From the NCBI GenBank assembly GCA_964057225.1, contig OZ059897.1:6324001-6388000 (forward strand): a stretch of DNA of 64,000 bases, read 5' to 3'. Source of the DNA: Auanema rhodensis. Lineage: Eukaryota; Animalia; Nematoda. The notes below the pieces were generated by a model. The model did not search any database and was not told the DNA's origin. It was given only the letters and a program-made list of their open reading frames with translations. The position numbers were made by a program, and so were the translations under genes. This document shows, in pieces, positions 40,735 through 53,834 of this stretch. Positions within the stretch are counted from its first letter, which is position 1; every line of letters begins with the position of its first letter.

Positions 40735-40877
40735 GAAGTCAGCTTTCTTTAAAAAAAATATTCCATAATTTCTCACTTTAAACTAAGAAAAAATGTATAG
40801 CAATTGAAACAATAAGGATAATTTATCAACTGTGCCCCCGGCATGCTATTGCTCAAAATAAAACTGCATACGCAATG

Positions 40878-40921
40878 TTACGTGAAAAAACAAAAGAAAT
40901 TCACGTGAAACGTGAAGCACG
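40878..40921. promoter_or_regulatory. Cluster of ACGTGAA/E-box motifs in the divergent LRRC57/epg-5 promoter
   Basis: TTCACGTGAA palindrome at 40900-40909, flanked by ACGTGAA at 40880 and 40910. Confidence 0.55.
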
Positions 40922-41050
40922 ATTTCATAATTTCTTATTGTTATCGATGTCAGGGTGCTTTTACTAGCAACTTATTTTCCACATTTGTGAATCTTTTAGT
41001 CATTCGTTTCTCTCCAATTCTATTTTAATTTAAGCTTTTTTCTTAGATAA

Positions 41051-44000
41051 ATGGAAGCTGTGAGGGAGAAGAAACCAAAACCGAAAGTTTCAAGAAGTGA
41101 TGTACAAGCTCCCCCAATACCTTCTAGAAGTGTAGTAGTAAATGGATTAACGCTACCTGCTGTACCTAATCATGCTGTTGGAACCTCTGTTATTCCTGTA
41201 TTGACTTCTGAAGCTGTATCTCAGCCGATTGATGTGTCATCAGGCAATGAGCAAGAGGGTGACAGAATGGACTCCCCTTGTCCCGAAGAGCTGTATGTTT
41301 TAATAAATACTTGTTCTTTTGTTTATTCTGAGGCTTCAGTGAAATTGAAGATGATCGTGTTCTTACTCCTGAGCCTGAGGTTGTGGTTTCTGATGAAACT
41401 AAACAAGAAACATCTGAGTTTGACGTTAATAAGCTAATATTTCCAAAGAGTGACAATATCAAAAAGCTAAAATTAGAGAGAGAAATTCAACACAAGTTAG
41501 CAAAGCATAAAATTTTGAAAAACTGAATATAAGTTTAGTGAATCTATTGTGAACAATGTTATGGAAACTCCTAGTGCACCAGTTCAGTTATCTTATCCTT
41601 CAGTACCCCAACTCTCAGAAAATATAGATACATTCCCTATAGAATCTTATAAATATAAACAGCACACTGTAAGTTCTCATCAATATCACGTCAAAATAAT
41701 GAATCTTCATAGGTGATTGAAAACGCTCCTTTATATCCGGAAATGTCACTTGTACATTTTCCACGCAATGCTCACGGTTTAATGATAGAACAGGAATTAT
41801 TGAGTTATTATTGCAACCCATTGTATGAAACATCAGATGAATTTGTAAATAGTTTCGTTCAGGTGACTATTTAAATATATTGTTTTCATAATATTTGCCT
41901 TGAAGGCTAACGAATTTCCTACGGGTCCCCTTAATTCTTTATTGATTCGTCTAAAAAATGTTGCTGATGAATTAGTTGTTACTGAAATAGCTGATAAGGA
42001 GAATAAATCTTCTCAGTCTACTTCTTTTGCCAACTGTTGGAGTTCTTTTATGGATAGTGGAGAATACAAAGTTTTGTTCCTTTATCATTTTATAAACAAT
42101 TCAATTGATATAGGGTAAATGTGCTGATAATCGAGATGGTTTCGGTCGGGTATCATTTCCTTCCCACACTTTATCAAAAGAAGTTCATGAAGAATTGCAA
42201 AATTTGGTAACAACCAATCGAAATATTTTACTCGAAAAGTCTACAAGTCAAGAAACGGTGTTTCGCTCTCTTGCACTTCAAGTACCAAAGAACTTTCACA
42301 TGGTTAAACAATATTTGATGCGTTTAGATTCAATGGGAAATAATAAGGATCAACAGTGCTTTTATGGAAGAAAGAGGACTGACTGTCCAGTCACATCCGT
42401 GCTGTAAATATTTACATTGAGTGCTCAAATCATATGTTTTTGTTCAGTGATAGAATCAGAACATCCGTCACCGAGACGAACAATACTATTAGGAGCATTA
42501 TCCGATCTCTTTTTTCAATTGAGAAGTCCTCAGTTACCCCAAAGGTTTTCGGATGCTGTCATTTCTTGGATTGTGGAACTTGTAATTTTGGGATGGGCTG
42601 AATAACAGTGACTGATAATGATTTAGACCGTGGTTCTATACATGGCTTGCCTACCAACGGATGCTCTTTTTGTTTTAAATCAGATTTTACGCTTACCCTC
42701 TTCAGTTGGATCATGGGCTGCAGCTTTAGTTCAAACATTTATAGGAATTCAAGTTTGTTTTTATTATAAAAAATATGTAAAGAATATAAATTTAAGTCTT
42801 CTTGTTCCTCAAAAACTAAGGTAGATTATTGTCTAGCTATGTTAACGCACCTCATGAATCCAATCAAGTAAGATATTAAACATTTGGCTTTAGATCATAA
42901 TTTCTTTAGAGCTCGTAATTCTTTTTTGAAACTTATAACTCAATCGGAAAATGAGGATAGTGCATGGACAATGTTGAGTGATGATATAGATGAAGAGGTG
43001 AGGCTCCTTTTTTAGAAATAGCTTATTGAACAACTTCAGGGAGATTTCTCTCTTGTTACAATCAATGAAAGTGATCTCACAGCTCTACTTGAACAATTAC
43101 CCGTACAAGAAATTTATTCGTGTGCTTATTTACACTTTAGTTCAGAGAGTATGTAAAGTTTTTTGTTCTTGTTTTATATCTCTTCAATTTTCAGTAAAAG
43201 ATCGTACGGAACAATTTTTATCCATGCTGGCTTTTCAACTGATATTAATGAAAGTGATAATTTTGTTTCTTTTAATCATCCTTACTTCTTCTATTAAGAT
43301 ATTGGATGATGGATTAACAACATATGCAAATCCTTCATATAAGCAGTTTTGTAAACAGATTGGAATGTCCATCAGGTATGTCGGGGTGTTATTACTTAAG
43401 CGAACCTATATGTAACATTAGGAAAAGCATTCACTGTTTATCTTCCCAATGGGAGATAACACGCAACTTAGTTGGACACCATGAAAGTGAGCAGCTTCAA
43501 CGGGAATTTGATCGGGTTATGATTCTAGTTCTACAATACTTAATTAGTTGTAACAGGTATTATACTGTAAGCGTTGTAAAAAAATGTTTTTTATTCAAGT
43601 TCTGGACTTGGACAGTTTCTTGTGGACTTGCCATATGATGCAGTAACCGAGGATTGTCGTAAACGATGCGAATTTCTTTTAAGAGCTACTTGTAAATTCA
43701 CAATAGAAGATTTATATGATTTTTCGATGCCTGCAATAACTGAGGCTATTAGAAAAGGTTGTTATAGTATTCTCGCCTATCTTAAGTTTGGATTTTGCTT
43801 CTAGGAGGATTAAAGGAACGCACAGAACGGTTGTCAAACGTCGATGCTGTATTCATTATTAACGCCATCTCCACTATCGTATCTTGCTCTATAAATGATC
43901 CGGCACCATTTTTGAAAGAAATAATAGAGGTACCTTTTTATGCTTTCATATTGCTTCAATCTTTGCGTTCAAGGTATGTTTCTGCGATGAAACTGCTAGG

Positions 44001-47000
44001 GAATCCCTGTATAAAGTTGGAGGTGAAGCCATTGCTACCCTCATAAGTAAAAGACCAGGATGTCTCGATGTACTTCTCTCAGTTTTGGATAGGAATATGG
44101 AACATATGGGACAAGTAGCTTTTTTCAAATAATCTGAATAATTACCTGATTTTAGTATGCTATCAACGTACTCTCCTTCGCATCCTTAAACTCGTGCAAA
44201 ATTTCTGAAGGAGTTCTGAGTATATTAGGTAAATGGCTTGTAAATAAGGTATATAAATGCTCTTCATTAATGCGAAACAAACCTTCTGTATTTTTAGAGT
44301 CCTGGTGAATCTGCTAATAGACTAGCTAGGAGAGTCTTATCAGGTTTGTTCTGGGGCTATTCCACAACGAACGTTCTGTGGCTCAATCAGAATATTCATA
44401 CTATCTGTGCAGATATTGTCATGAAGGTTTTATTTAATTTTGATTTATAAACTTATTATCATGTAATAGGCTCACTCTGTTCATTGTGGTAGCTCTAATG
44501 GTATGATTGCAAAGTCAATGAAGCAGATTTCTAAGATGGCAAGTAAAATGGCCGATCACGAACAATTGTTTCTTCAATTCTGTTGGGATTTACTTATAAA
44601 AGTAAAATTGCCTGTGATGGTTTGTAAAAAACATTGGAAGAGAGTAAAACCAATATTTGTAGAACAGCAGTTTTTCGAAGAGCCATCATGACCTCGCCGC
44701 ATATTTCTTGGATTTATCCCAGAATTCCATGACAAGGTACGATTATTCACTTAATTGTGAAGCACAACTTTAAATTTAGTGTAAATGTATTTTTATCTGA
44801 TGGAGTTGGTTTGCTCAATGAACTTATATCCTCTGGTTCATCAACAGCCTCGGTTATTTCCTTAAGTCGAATTCTTTTTGAATATCACCGCGATATCGAT
44901 GAGTTATCCCGAAGCAAAACGTATAATTATTGCTCTAAATTTGATCTTTCATTTGTTTTCTTTTTTTAGTTTTCTTGAAGTCTTTTCTCGTGTTATTCAT
45001 GTTGATCAATGCAGTTATGCTGTTCAATGGCTAACAGGACCATCTTCTGAAGCTACTCCAATTGTTCGCTTAATTTGTTCATCCATTTCTGTATGAATTA
45101 CCTACTTCTACTGATTTTCAATGTTTTTTATTCTAGTTCTACTCTAAACGTGCTAGAAATCTTGGTTCATATTTAAGAGCTTGGGTTGAACTTTTGTGTA
45201 TTCGTGGAGCTGAAGGCTGGAACTCTGATCAAGTAATCAACAGCTAATTGAAAGTTACTAATATCATATTTTCAGGTTGTTCTGCAAATACTCGGAACAA
45301 TTGTGCGAATTGCTTTTGTGGTTGACCCTACTAACTTCTTGGGAATTACGGAACAGCTCCATGCACATTATACTCGAGTCATTATTCCAACTTCTCGAGA
45401 GAAATCCCGAGGAATGTTTGCACTGTTTGCAACTGCTCCAATGTCTGCTCTGTTAATCGAGAATGCATATATGAATGTATCTGTGTTTGCATCATATATG
45501 CTTCTACTTGTGGAAAGTTTATCATTCCCGGAATTCTATCAAGCTATTTGGGATTACCTCTCCAAAAAAGAGAAGAACACAATGGAAAATGCTGTTACTG
45601 TAAGTTTTAACCTGATCAGTTGTTGTGTTAAAAAGCGTCTTTCAGAAAGCTTCCTCGAAATGTACAAACTTCTTATCTCTTCAATACTGTTCAATATATC
45701 GTTGGGCTTTCTTTTTACCTCTATGCAAAGAAAAAGACGTATTACCATTAGCTTTACAACGTATGGCGATTGATACTTATACAATACGACAAAGTAATGG
45801 GTAAATTCAGTTTTTATCATTTTATTATGTAAACTAACCTTTAAGAGCTTCTTGTCAATTTGCTAGAAAGTTGATAGGATGTCCTGGAGCTCAACATATA
45901 ATGGACAGATGCAAACGATTTTTATCTGAGTGCCCTGATGAGAAAGGGTGATCATGAAACGATTAACGCTTGCTAATTATATATTATTTCAGTCTTGTAA
46001 AAGCCATTTCTGGCTGGCTCTTCACATCTTATGAGGTTTCTCGAAAAGGGTTTGACTTTTCTGTCTTCAGCTTAGACTATCTTCTGCAAATGATCTTAGC
46101 TAATGAAACAGTTGGAACTAAAACAGATTCTTTTTTTTTATTATTTACATTCAGAATGTGTGGTCAGATTTTATTGATTTTGAATCAATTGGTCAAGAAG
46201 ATGAAAATGATGTTCGAGTATGTTGTACTTCTCCTATTCAATTCTAGCCAATAATTTTCAGTTATTCTCAGCAACATGTCATTTGCAAGTTCGCGATGAT
46301 CCTTCTTCATCCTCCCCAAAGATAGAAAAATTCAAATTGTATGCACAACAACATCTTTTATTTCTTTCAAACTTCATAGATTTATATTTCAGAACTCCTC
46401 AATCGCATGCTCTTCCATTTAAAACTCTTCCAGCTCATCCTAACTTGATGGCAGCGCCAACAGTCAATTCAAATATGGCTATGAGTTATGATCTAGTGTT
46501 CGGATTGACAGATCCTCATGTATCTTCAATTCACAAACTTGCAGAGTATGTCAAGCTTTTATTTTGGTTTCTATAACAAGTTGTTTTAAAGTACCTTTGG
46601 TGATTTGGGAGATGAATTAGAAATCTTGGATTCGGAGTATATGGACATGATTCTTAATCGATTTAAACAAACAGCAAAAAATATTTCCTTGAATATACGT
46701 TGTTCTAGTACTTGTCCACATCCAATGAATAGACAGATTACGGTTGGTCATAAATAATAAGTTATAACAGTTAGGTTGAATAGGTACATCCGTATGAGTT
46801 AGATCCAGCTGTAGATGTTCAAATTCTTGGAAACCGATCGAAGCGGTATACTATTCGAATAAATCAAAATCATATAACAAACTTCAGGGAAAATACCTAT
46901 ACATCGAAATCAGATCATTTGATTAATCAATCTGCAGTTCAAACAGCATGTCTCGAACAGATCGCCAGGTTTGTGTTTGGGTAATTCCTACTCATCATAT

Positions 47001-50000
47001 TCAATCACAGACAATTAGCTTATTGCTATCAAGAATCTCATCCAAATATGCGAGCAGCTATTCAAAATACTGGAAGATTACTGTTTTATCGCATTCAACA
47101 ATCTTTAGAATCATCAGGAAATTCTCTCCTGTTTCCTGCTGCTTCAAGTAATTTTGAGAATGCATTAAGGCTGCTCGGATTGGTATCTTTCATTCATAAA
47201 TTCAATAATATTTTTTTTTGTAATTTGAAGGCTTTTATTGCTAATCATGCATCGGAACAAATTCAAGTTATGGATAAAGTTTTAAATGGATTCGTATTAT
47301 CGGATCCTCTGGTGGAATCATTTACTCCGGAATGTTTATCAGCATCTGAACTGTGCCAAGCATACAGTTCCATGTCTGCTGCTGTACGGGATCCTGAGAG
47401 GTGCTCGAGGGCTGTGAAGTTGCTAAGTACGCTACTTTCGTTTATGGAATTTTCAAATATCACAATTTACAGGTCGACTGTCAATTGATAAGCATGCAGT
47501 TTCTCTCCCACCTGAGCAATTCGCACCTTTACTCTCATTGGCTTTCCAAAACTTGTAAGTATTTTTATTTATCAATCAAGGTAATTATATATGTTTGAAG
47601 AGAGAGCCAGCAAAATGTGGACACAGAGCTGCATAAAATTTGTTTCCAACACGTTGTCACGTTTGTATTCCATGCTTTCCCGTCCAATTTCAGAACTGGA
47701 CTTGATCTAACTCTTCAGGGTAAAGCAATGGTAATATTCAATTATTAATATGTTTTTATTAGGATGTTTAAAAAAGGCTATTCCAAAATCATTGCTTCAA
47801 GTTTATTGCACTAAGTTGAATGCACCTAGTTGGTTCAATCCTTCTGGAGAATTCGCTATACCATATTCTAAGGTTATCACACTATCAAGTTGGCTTTCTT
47901 TACCTAATTTGTTTTAGTGTCCTGAATACATTAGCTTGATAACCCACCGTTTAACAGAAGAACGAGGAAAATCTAGAAATACTCTATATTCCACTATTGG
48001 CATATATCTTGAAGAACTGACATCTCTAATGCAACATTTTGTATTTATTCCTGTTCGAGAATGCTTTTCACCTCATACCCCTCCGGAAGTTATGCAAGAA
48101 GGTGAGTTCTTTTAATCAACATGCAGTCATATAAGGATTCAGATCTTTTACGAGTATTTGGTCAAATAGTTGCATTATGGTCTCCTTTAATTATTCCTTT
48201 ATCAAAGAATGTACCTCCGTTTTCACCATCCCATGAAGAACTTGTTGTGATGGTTTGACAAATTCGTTATCATTTTGAATTAGTATTCCTTAAGGTTCTG
48301 CAAAAATTTGTTGAATTACTAGTGGCTTTACCTCAAAATATCCATCTTCCGCCAACTGCCAGGAATATACAATCTTTAGTTTGGCAGTTTTATTTCGAGA
48401 AAATGACAGACCTCACACACGGAACAGCTTTTTACTTCAGCATAATCGTATTTTTCTTCACATTCTTGCTTTTTTCTTCATGTATATTTTAGGAATCTCA
48501 ATTAATGCGATTAAACTGGAGTGCATTCTATCCTTCTATCCACGATATTCAAGCCATGGATATATGTCTCAGCTCAAAGAGTCAAGATTGTACAACTTTT
48601 ATTGCCCAACTGTTTGTTCGAATTCCTTGGAAAGATCATTTAGAACGAAATGTAATTTAACATTTATTATTTTAAACTACAACGTATTTTCAGATTCGGA
48701 AGGAAGTTTTGCCAACTTACCTCTCCACCTTATTCTCTTGCCTAATCCGAATAACCTCTAGAGATAACTTTTATTCCAAAGTAAGTACGAACGTATTTCA
48801 TATATTATGTATAAATGTACTTAGGTTGCTGCCTCTCTAATTCAAGAGCTGAAGGCTTTGTCTCTTCGATCAGATTGGAATATTGTCACTGTAGAAGAAG
48901 CTACAGTACTAGCAGAAACCGTCTCAGCTGTTATGCCATACGACAGTCTTTTCAATGCAACCGAGCATGTTTCAGTACTGCAAATGTTTGTATATATATG
49001 TTTCATTTTGTGATGTTGTCTTGTTTTAGAATATGGAGAAAGATCTGTCAGTTTTCTCCAAAAGAACCATTTTCGACAACTGCTTTGATGAAACAACAAC
49101 TATGGTGCAAAACCCAATGTGCTCTCTTGTTAAGAGGTGGAGAGAAAAATGCTCCTCCAGCTTATAATTCTTTAATAGCTGAGGTCGATGCTGTTGCATC
49201 TCAACATGGTTTGAATATTTCAAATATCAGGAAATATCATTTATATTACTATAGAAAATCTTCGGGCTTTCACTACCGTATCCAGAGAACTTCTAATCTT
49301 CTGGACTACAATATCTGAGCCTGTGTTTGGAGGTTTTTTTTTTATAAATACTATTTATATTGTTCTATTTTTAGAATCAGTTCTGAACGTATGGAATGAA
49401 TATCTTAATTTGAAACCTGATTCAAAATTAGTTTTATGCTGTTTAAATACTCTTCTTTCAACTCTTAAGCCTGATCAGTTGACGACAGCTCTCAGAGTTT
49501 TTGAAAAGACTTTAGTCGTGTTTTTCAAAAGTATTCTGAATTTGAAATTTGTTTTATCTTATTTTATTATTTCAGGAATTGATTGCTCTTGGGCTAAATT
49601 AATGGAATGGGTACAGTTCCCTGCTTCACAAAGTTCTCAAATATTTAAGTATTTAACTACATGTCCCAGGTTTTGGAAAAAACTGAAATTATAGCTAAAT
49701 TTGCTTTTTAATTTCAGTAATGAAAATAAAGTAGAGGTCCTCCCTCTAACATTGAAAACATTCTTAGATTATGGACGACATGAAGATAGTGCGTTCCTCA
49801 CAGTATATAACTACCTCATAAATATCAAGCCCAAGTTTGTACATCACATTAAACTTATATTGATGCTATTCTTTTAGACATGTTCAATGTGAAGCATCGT
49901 TTATTGCTCTTTTATACAGGTTCCTTACGTGGTATTCGAATTATTGTCAAAATTTATCTTCAAAATTTCCTATCAACGAGGATATTCTACCTGCACTCTT

Positions 50001-50503
50001 ACGTTGGCTAGAAAAGGTTTGAGTTTTCTTTTCAAAATTATACTCTTTTTATTATATTTTCAGTCATCGAAAGATGAATCAGGATTCTTCTCAAATCTTG
50101 TAAAATCAAAAAAAACTACCCATTCTCTGAAGTAAGAATTTTTTGTTTTCTCATGAACTAACTGATATTGCTACAGACTTCGTGCGATATTTACAATTCT
50201 TAATAATTTTATGGCTCAACAAAGCTTAGGGGAAGGAGTTAAACCACGGTAACATTCTTTGAACTGTATGAAAATTTTTAATGCTGCTTTAGAACAATGG
50301 AAGGTTCTCCAGTCTTTAACAGCAGGATTCAAGCTTTAAAAGATGCTGCTACTCAACGAAGTTTTGTTCCATTTTCTGGAGCATTCAATACTGCTACATC
50401 ATATTTTACTCAAGTAGACATACATCATATGGGTTCTGCTCCTCAACTTTTACTTCGGTCCTCACAAACAGTGTTCAAAGAAAAATTCTTATCAGATGTT
50501 TGA
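41051..50503 (+). CDS. epg-5: Ectopic P granules protein 5 (autophagosome-lysosome tether)
   Basis: Very large multi-exon CDS starting MEAVREKKPK; LFVLNQILRLPSSVGSWAAALVQ; WTMLSDDIDEE...TINESDLTALLEQLP; GLGQFLVDLPY; ARRVLSGLFWG; ends FKEKFLSDV*. Confidence 0.92.
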
Positions 50504-50765
50504 TCAAAAAACAAAGGTTTCTGTAGATAATGGAAAACTAGTCTTTTAATATGTGCTCATCCAATACGGTTTACTTTTTCAGTTACTTTTTAATGTCTAT
50601 GTACAGTACTTATTATTCGTACCCGATACTGTGTCATTTAATATTCAGATTTTTGTTAAAGATTCTTATATTAGTAAACTCAACAACAAAAAGATAATCA
50701 ACAACAGAAAAATAATCAACAACCAAACCATCTCATCTAACAATCAACAATTAACAATAAAGACC

Positions 50766-52729
50766 TTAATCTGCAATGTTTTCATCTGCAATGTTTTCAT
50801 CTTCATGGTCCTCTTCTTGGTCCTTCTGGTTACAGGGACGTTGAGGTAAATGGCAACGGAAGCATTTACGGCAATGCCTGTAGCTCTTTTTCACACAGCG
50901 CATACAAGGATCGCAGTGTTGATATTGTGAACCATCCTGAAAATGGATTAAATTGAGAAAAACAAGGATGTAACTTGCCATGGATACACATTTCTGACAC
51001 ATGTAACAATGTTTGTTCCGTTCGGATACATGAACTTCGCACATTTCACAGAACCTCAAAATCAATAAAATATGAGAGAATACTTTAACAAAACTTACTT
51101 GTATCCATCAACGCCTTCTAAATTGAATACATCCTTGTTCATATTAGTAAAAATTCTTACAGTAGTACGATTAGGCTTATTGAAAACTCTATGATTTTCA
51201 TATGTCACCTAAGAGAAATACTTCATTACAAGTTGAAGAGAATCAGAACAAACCCTGTAGTCAACCATCCAAAATGAATTATCTAAACGAAGAACATGCT
51301 TTCCTATGAAATAAGGAATGAAAATGGCTGCATAAAATTTGGCATCCTGGCCTTTCCTGGAAAAAAATGAGTATAAATATAGGAATGCAACCGTGCGCAG
51401 GAATAGAGAAAGATAAAATAAAATTTTAAATGAGAATTCATTGAGTACCTGGCTTCGCTATGGCGATCAATCATCTTCTTAAGGGATGTCATTAAAGGCT
51501 CCATAACAACACCAAAAGGTGGATCACACACAACTAGAAGAGTTGAGCATTTCTGAAATTTAATTAAAATAAAAACTGAACAGAACTAAAAACGTACCGC
51601 TAAGAAGTTTTGAAGTTTTCCTTCAGCTTTTGGATCAAAAAAGTGATCCACAAGCATACTATATTGAGCAAATTGAATTGAAGGGAAAAAGTGAGCCTGT
51701 AAGTAGAATATAAAAAATGTGTCAATGAAACAAAAACCGAAAAACTAACATAGCGTTTATCATAGTCTAACATAAATATATTCTTCTTATCAACCTTGTT
51801 GTTTTTCAAAGCTTCAAAAATCTGTAAAAAAATCATAAAGCGAAAGTATACCAAAACATACTCTAGGTGTTCCAATGCATAATATGCCATCAGCTTTGGA
51901 ATCTTGGATTGCCTTCATGACAACAGATAGAGACTCATCAGAGAAGAAATATTGCTGAAAATAAATAATAATTGAAACTATAAAAATTATGTATCATACT
52001 GCTTCTCCTGATTGGGAATCTAAAGCCTCGAGGTATTTACTAGGATATTTTAGTTTTCCTCTTTTAACTTCTTCACTAGGACACTTATGCTTCTTTTCAA
52101 AAACGTCGTTGCATTCACGACAGAACAAGAGCAGAGAGTCTTTTGCTATTGTTTTCAATCTGAAGCAAAATTTAATAAATGATCAATTTAAAGTTAAATC
52201 AACTTTTTTGGAATACACCCATAATCCCATTTCACTTTAGGAGCATAAGGATTAGGGGGAGGTACAGGATTTTCTACTTCACCTAAAGTATTATCTTCAC
52301 GAAGTTCAACCTTGAAAGCACATTCTTCTGGATTTTCCCTAAAAACAACTATAGGAAACTTTAAAGAAAAAAGAAAAAACCTGTAAACAGCACAAGCAAA
52401 ATATCTTTTGACAACAGTTTGATTTTCTTTAACACCAAAAAGAAGACAAGGTCCTAAGGCAAAGATAATAAGTTTGTAAGGTAATTTCTTATTATACCAT
52501 GTGAGCAAGATGGAATCTCGGTAATCCCATCGGCAGGTAGAATCGTAAACTTACCCCGACGTCTAAATTAAGAGTCTATAAATGATTCAAACTTAATTAT
52601 CTAAAAAAACCTCAAAACTACTGAAGCTTCTTCATTTGGATCTTTTTCTTGTTTTTTGAAAACTCTATTTTTGTTTTTTGGATGAGAGAAAAATTTTTTC
52701 TTTTGAACCTTGGACTTCTTTTTCGACAT
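50766..52729 (-). CDS. ZCCHC4: 28S rRNA N6-adenosine methyltransferase ZCCHC4
   Basis: CSHGPCLLF...YFACAVYR (GRF zinc finger); GEAQYFF; CIGTP; VCDPPFG catalytic motif; VRIFTN; RFCEMCEVHVSERNKHC...HCDPCMRCVK. Confidence 0.94.
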
Positions 52730-52935
52730 CTATACAATTATAGTTAAAACAATTTATATTAATGATGACAAATATAAGGCTATTCAAACCAGGAATAAAA
52801 ACGTTAAATGAACTAAATTATTTATCCTCTATCTCTATTTCAAATCATGGTGCATAATTTCCATTTAAAAGTATACGAAATATTATGGATACAATGCAAT
52901 TTGTCGTATCTCATTTCTGATAAAGACATCTATAT

Positions 52936-53550
52936 TTAGAGAGCGAACACCATCTCGAAAGCTTTGGTGAGTCCAACATCGTTGGTGTTGAAGTGGAGAA
53001 GACCTATGTATATTTAAAATTAAGTCATTCAATATCTTAACTGATACCGGCAAGAAGGAGAGCAGAAATGGCATAGAGACTAAGTCTAGCTGCTTTAGCC
53101 GCAGCGTTTCCAATGACGAAAGGACGAGCATAGTCAGCAATTACACCTTGGACTCCCCTACAGCATAAACATCAATTAATGAATTATAGATTTTCTCAAA
53201 CCAGTGAATATGAAGGGTAAGAGCAACAGTCAAAGCAGCATCCATAACAGGTCCGTGTATGAAATAAGCTGCTGGAAGCAATGGAATCATGCCAGCAGCA
53301 AAGTAGCGCTCAACCTAAATTAGGTAGATAAAAATACTAAGATTAACATATATCTATAAACAAATAATTAATATTTTTGAGTTGTCTATTATAATGTATA
53401 TGTGATTACCTTGAAGTGAGTTGAGTGATCATGAGCCTTGCTAGCTCCATCATTTAAGGTGGTGGCAAGTCGAGCTGGCACACAAAGCCTTGGAGCATTA
53501 CGAGCAGAAAGTAAAGCACGTTGATAAACAAAAGCTTGACGAAGTGCCAT
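52936..53550 (-). CDS. sdhd-1: Succinate dehydrogenase cytochrome b small subunit
   Basis: Mitochondrial presequence; HSTHFKVER; [14 protein letters not shown]; [18 protein letters not shown]. Confidence 0.95.
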
Positions 53551-53834
53551 CCTGCAAGAAATTATTTAAAAAAGAAAAAGTTGAAACTAAACGAAAACTA
53601 GAAAGTAGAAGCAATTAAAAAAAACTCAGTGAGGCTTCGTGAATTCACGATAGTTTAATTCTACAAATTGCGTACATATTTTAGTTTTCACGTAGAAAAT
53701 TCAAATTTTCTTGTTTATTTATGAAAAAACATGATATATATCAATGTATTCGCGAATTTTTTAGCTTGATCTTATGCAGCATGGTGCTTAGCAGCACTAA
53801 TTTTGAAAATTAACTCATTTAGTAGAGTATTTCA

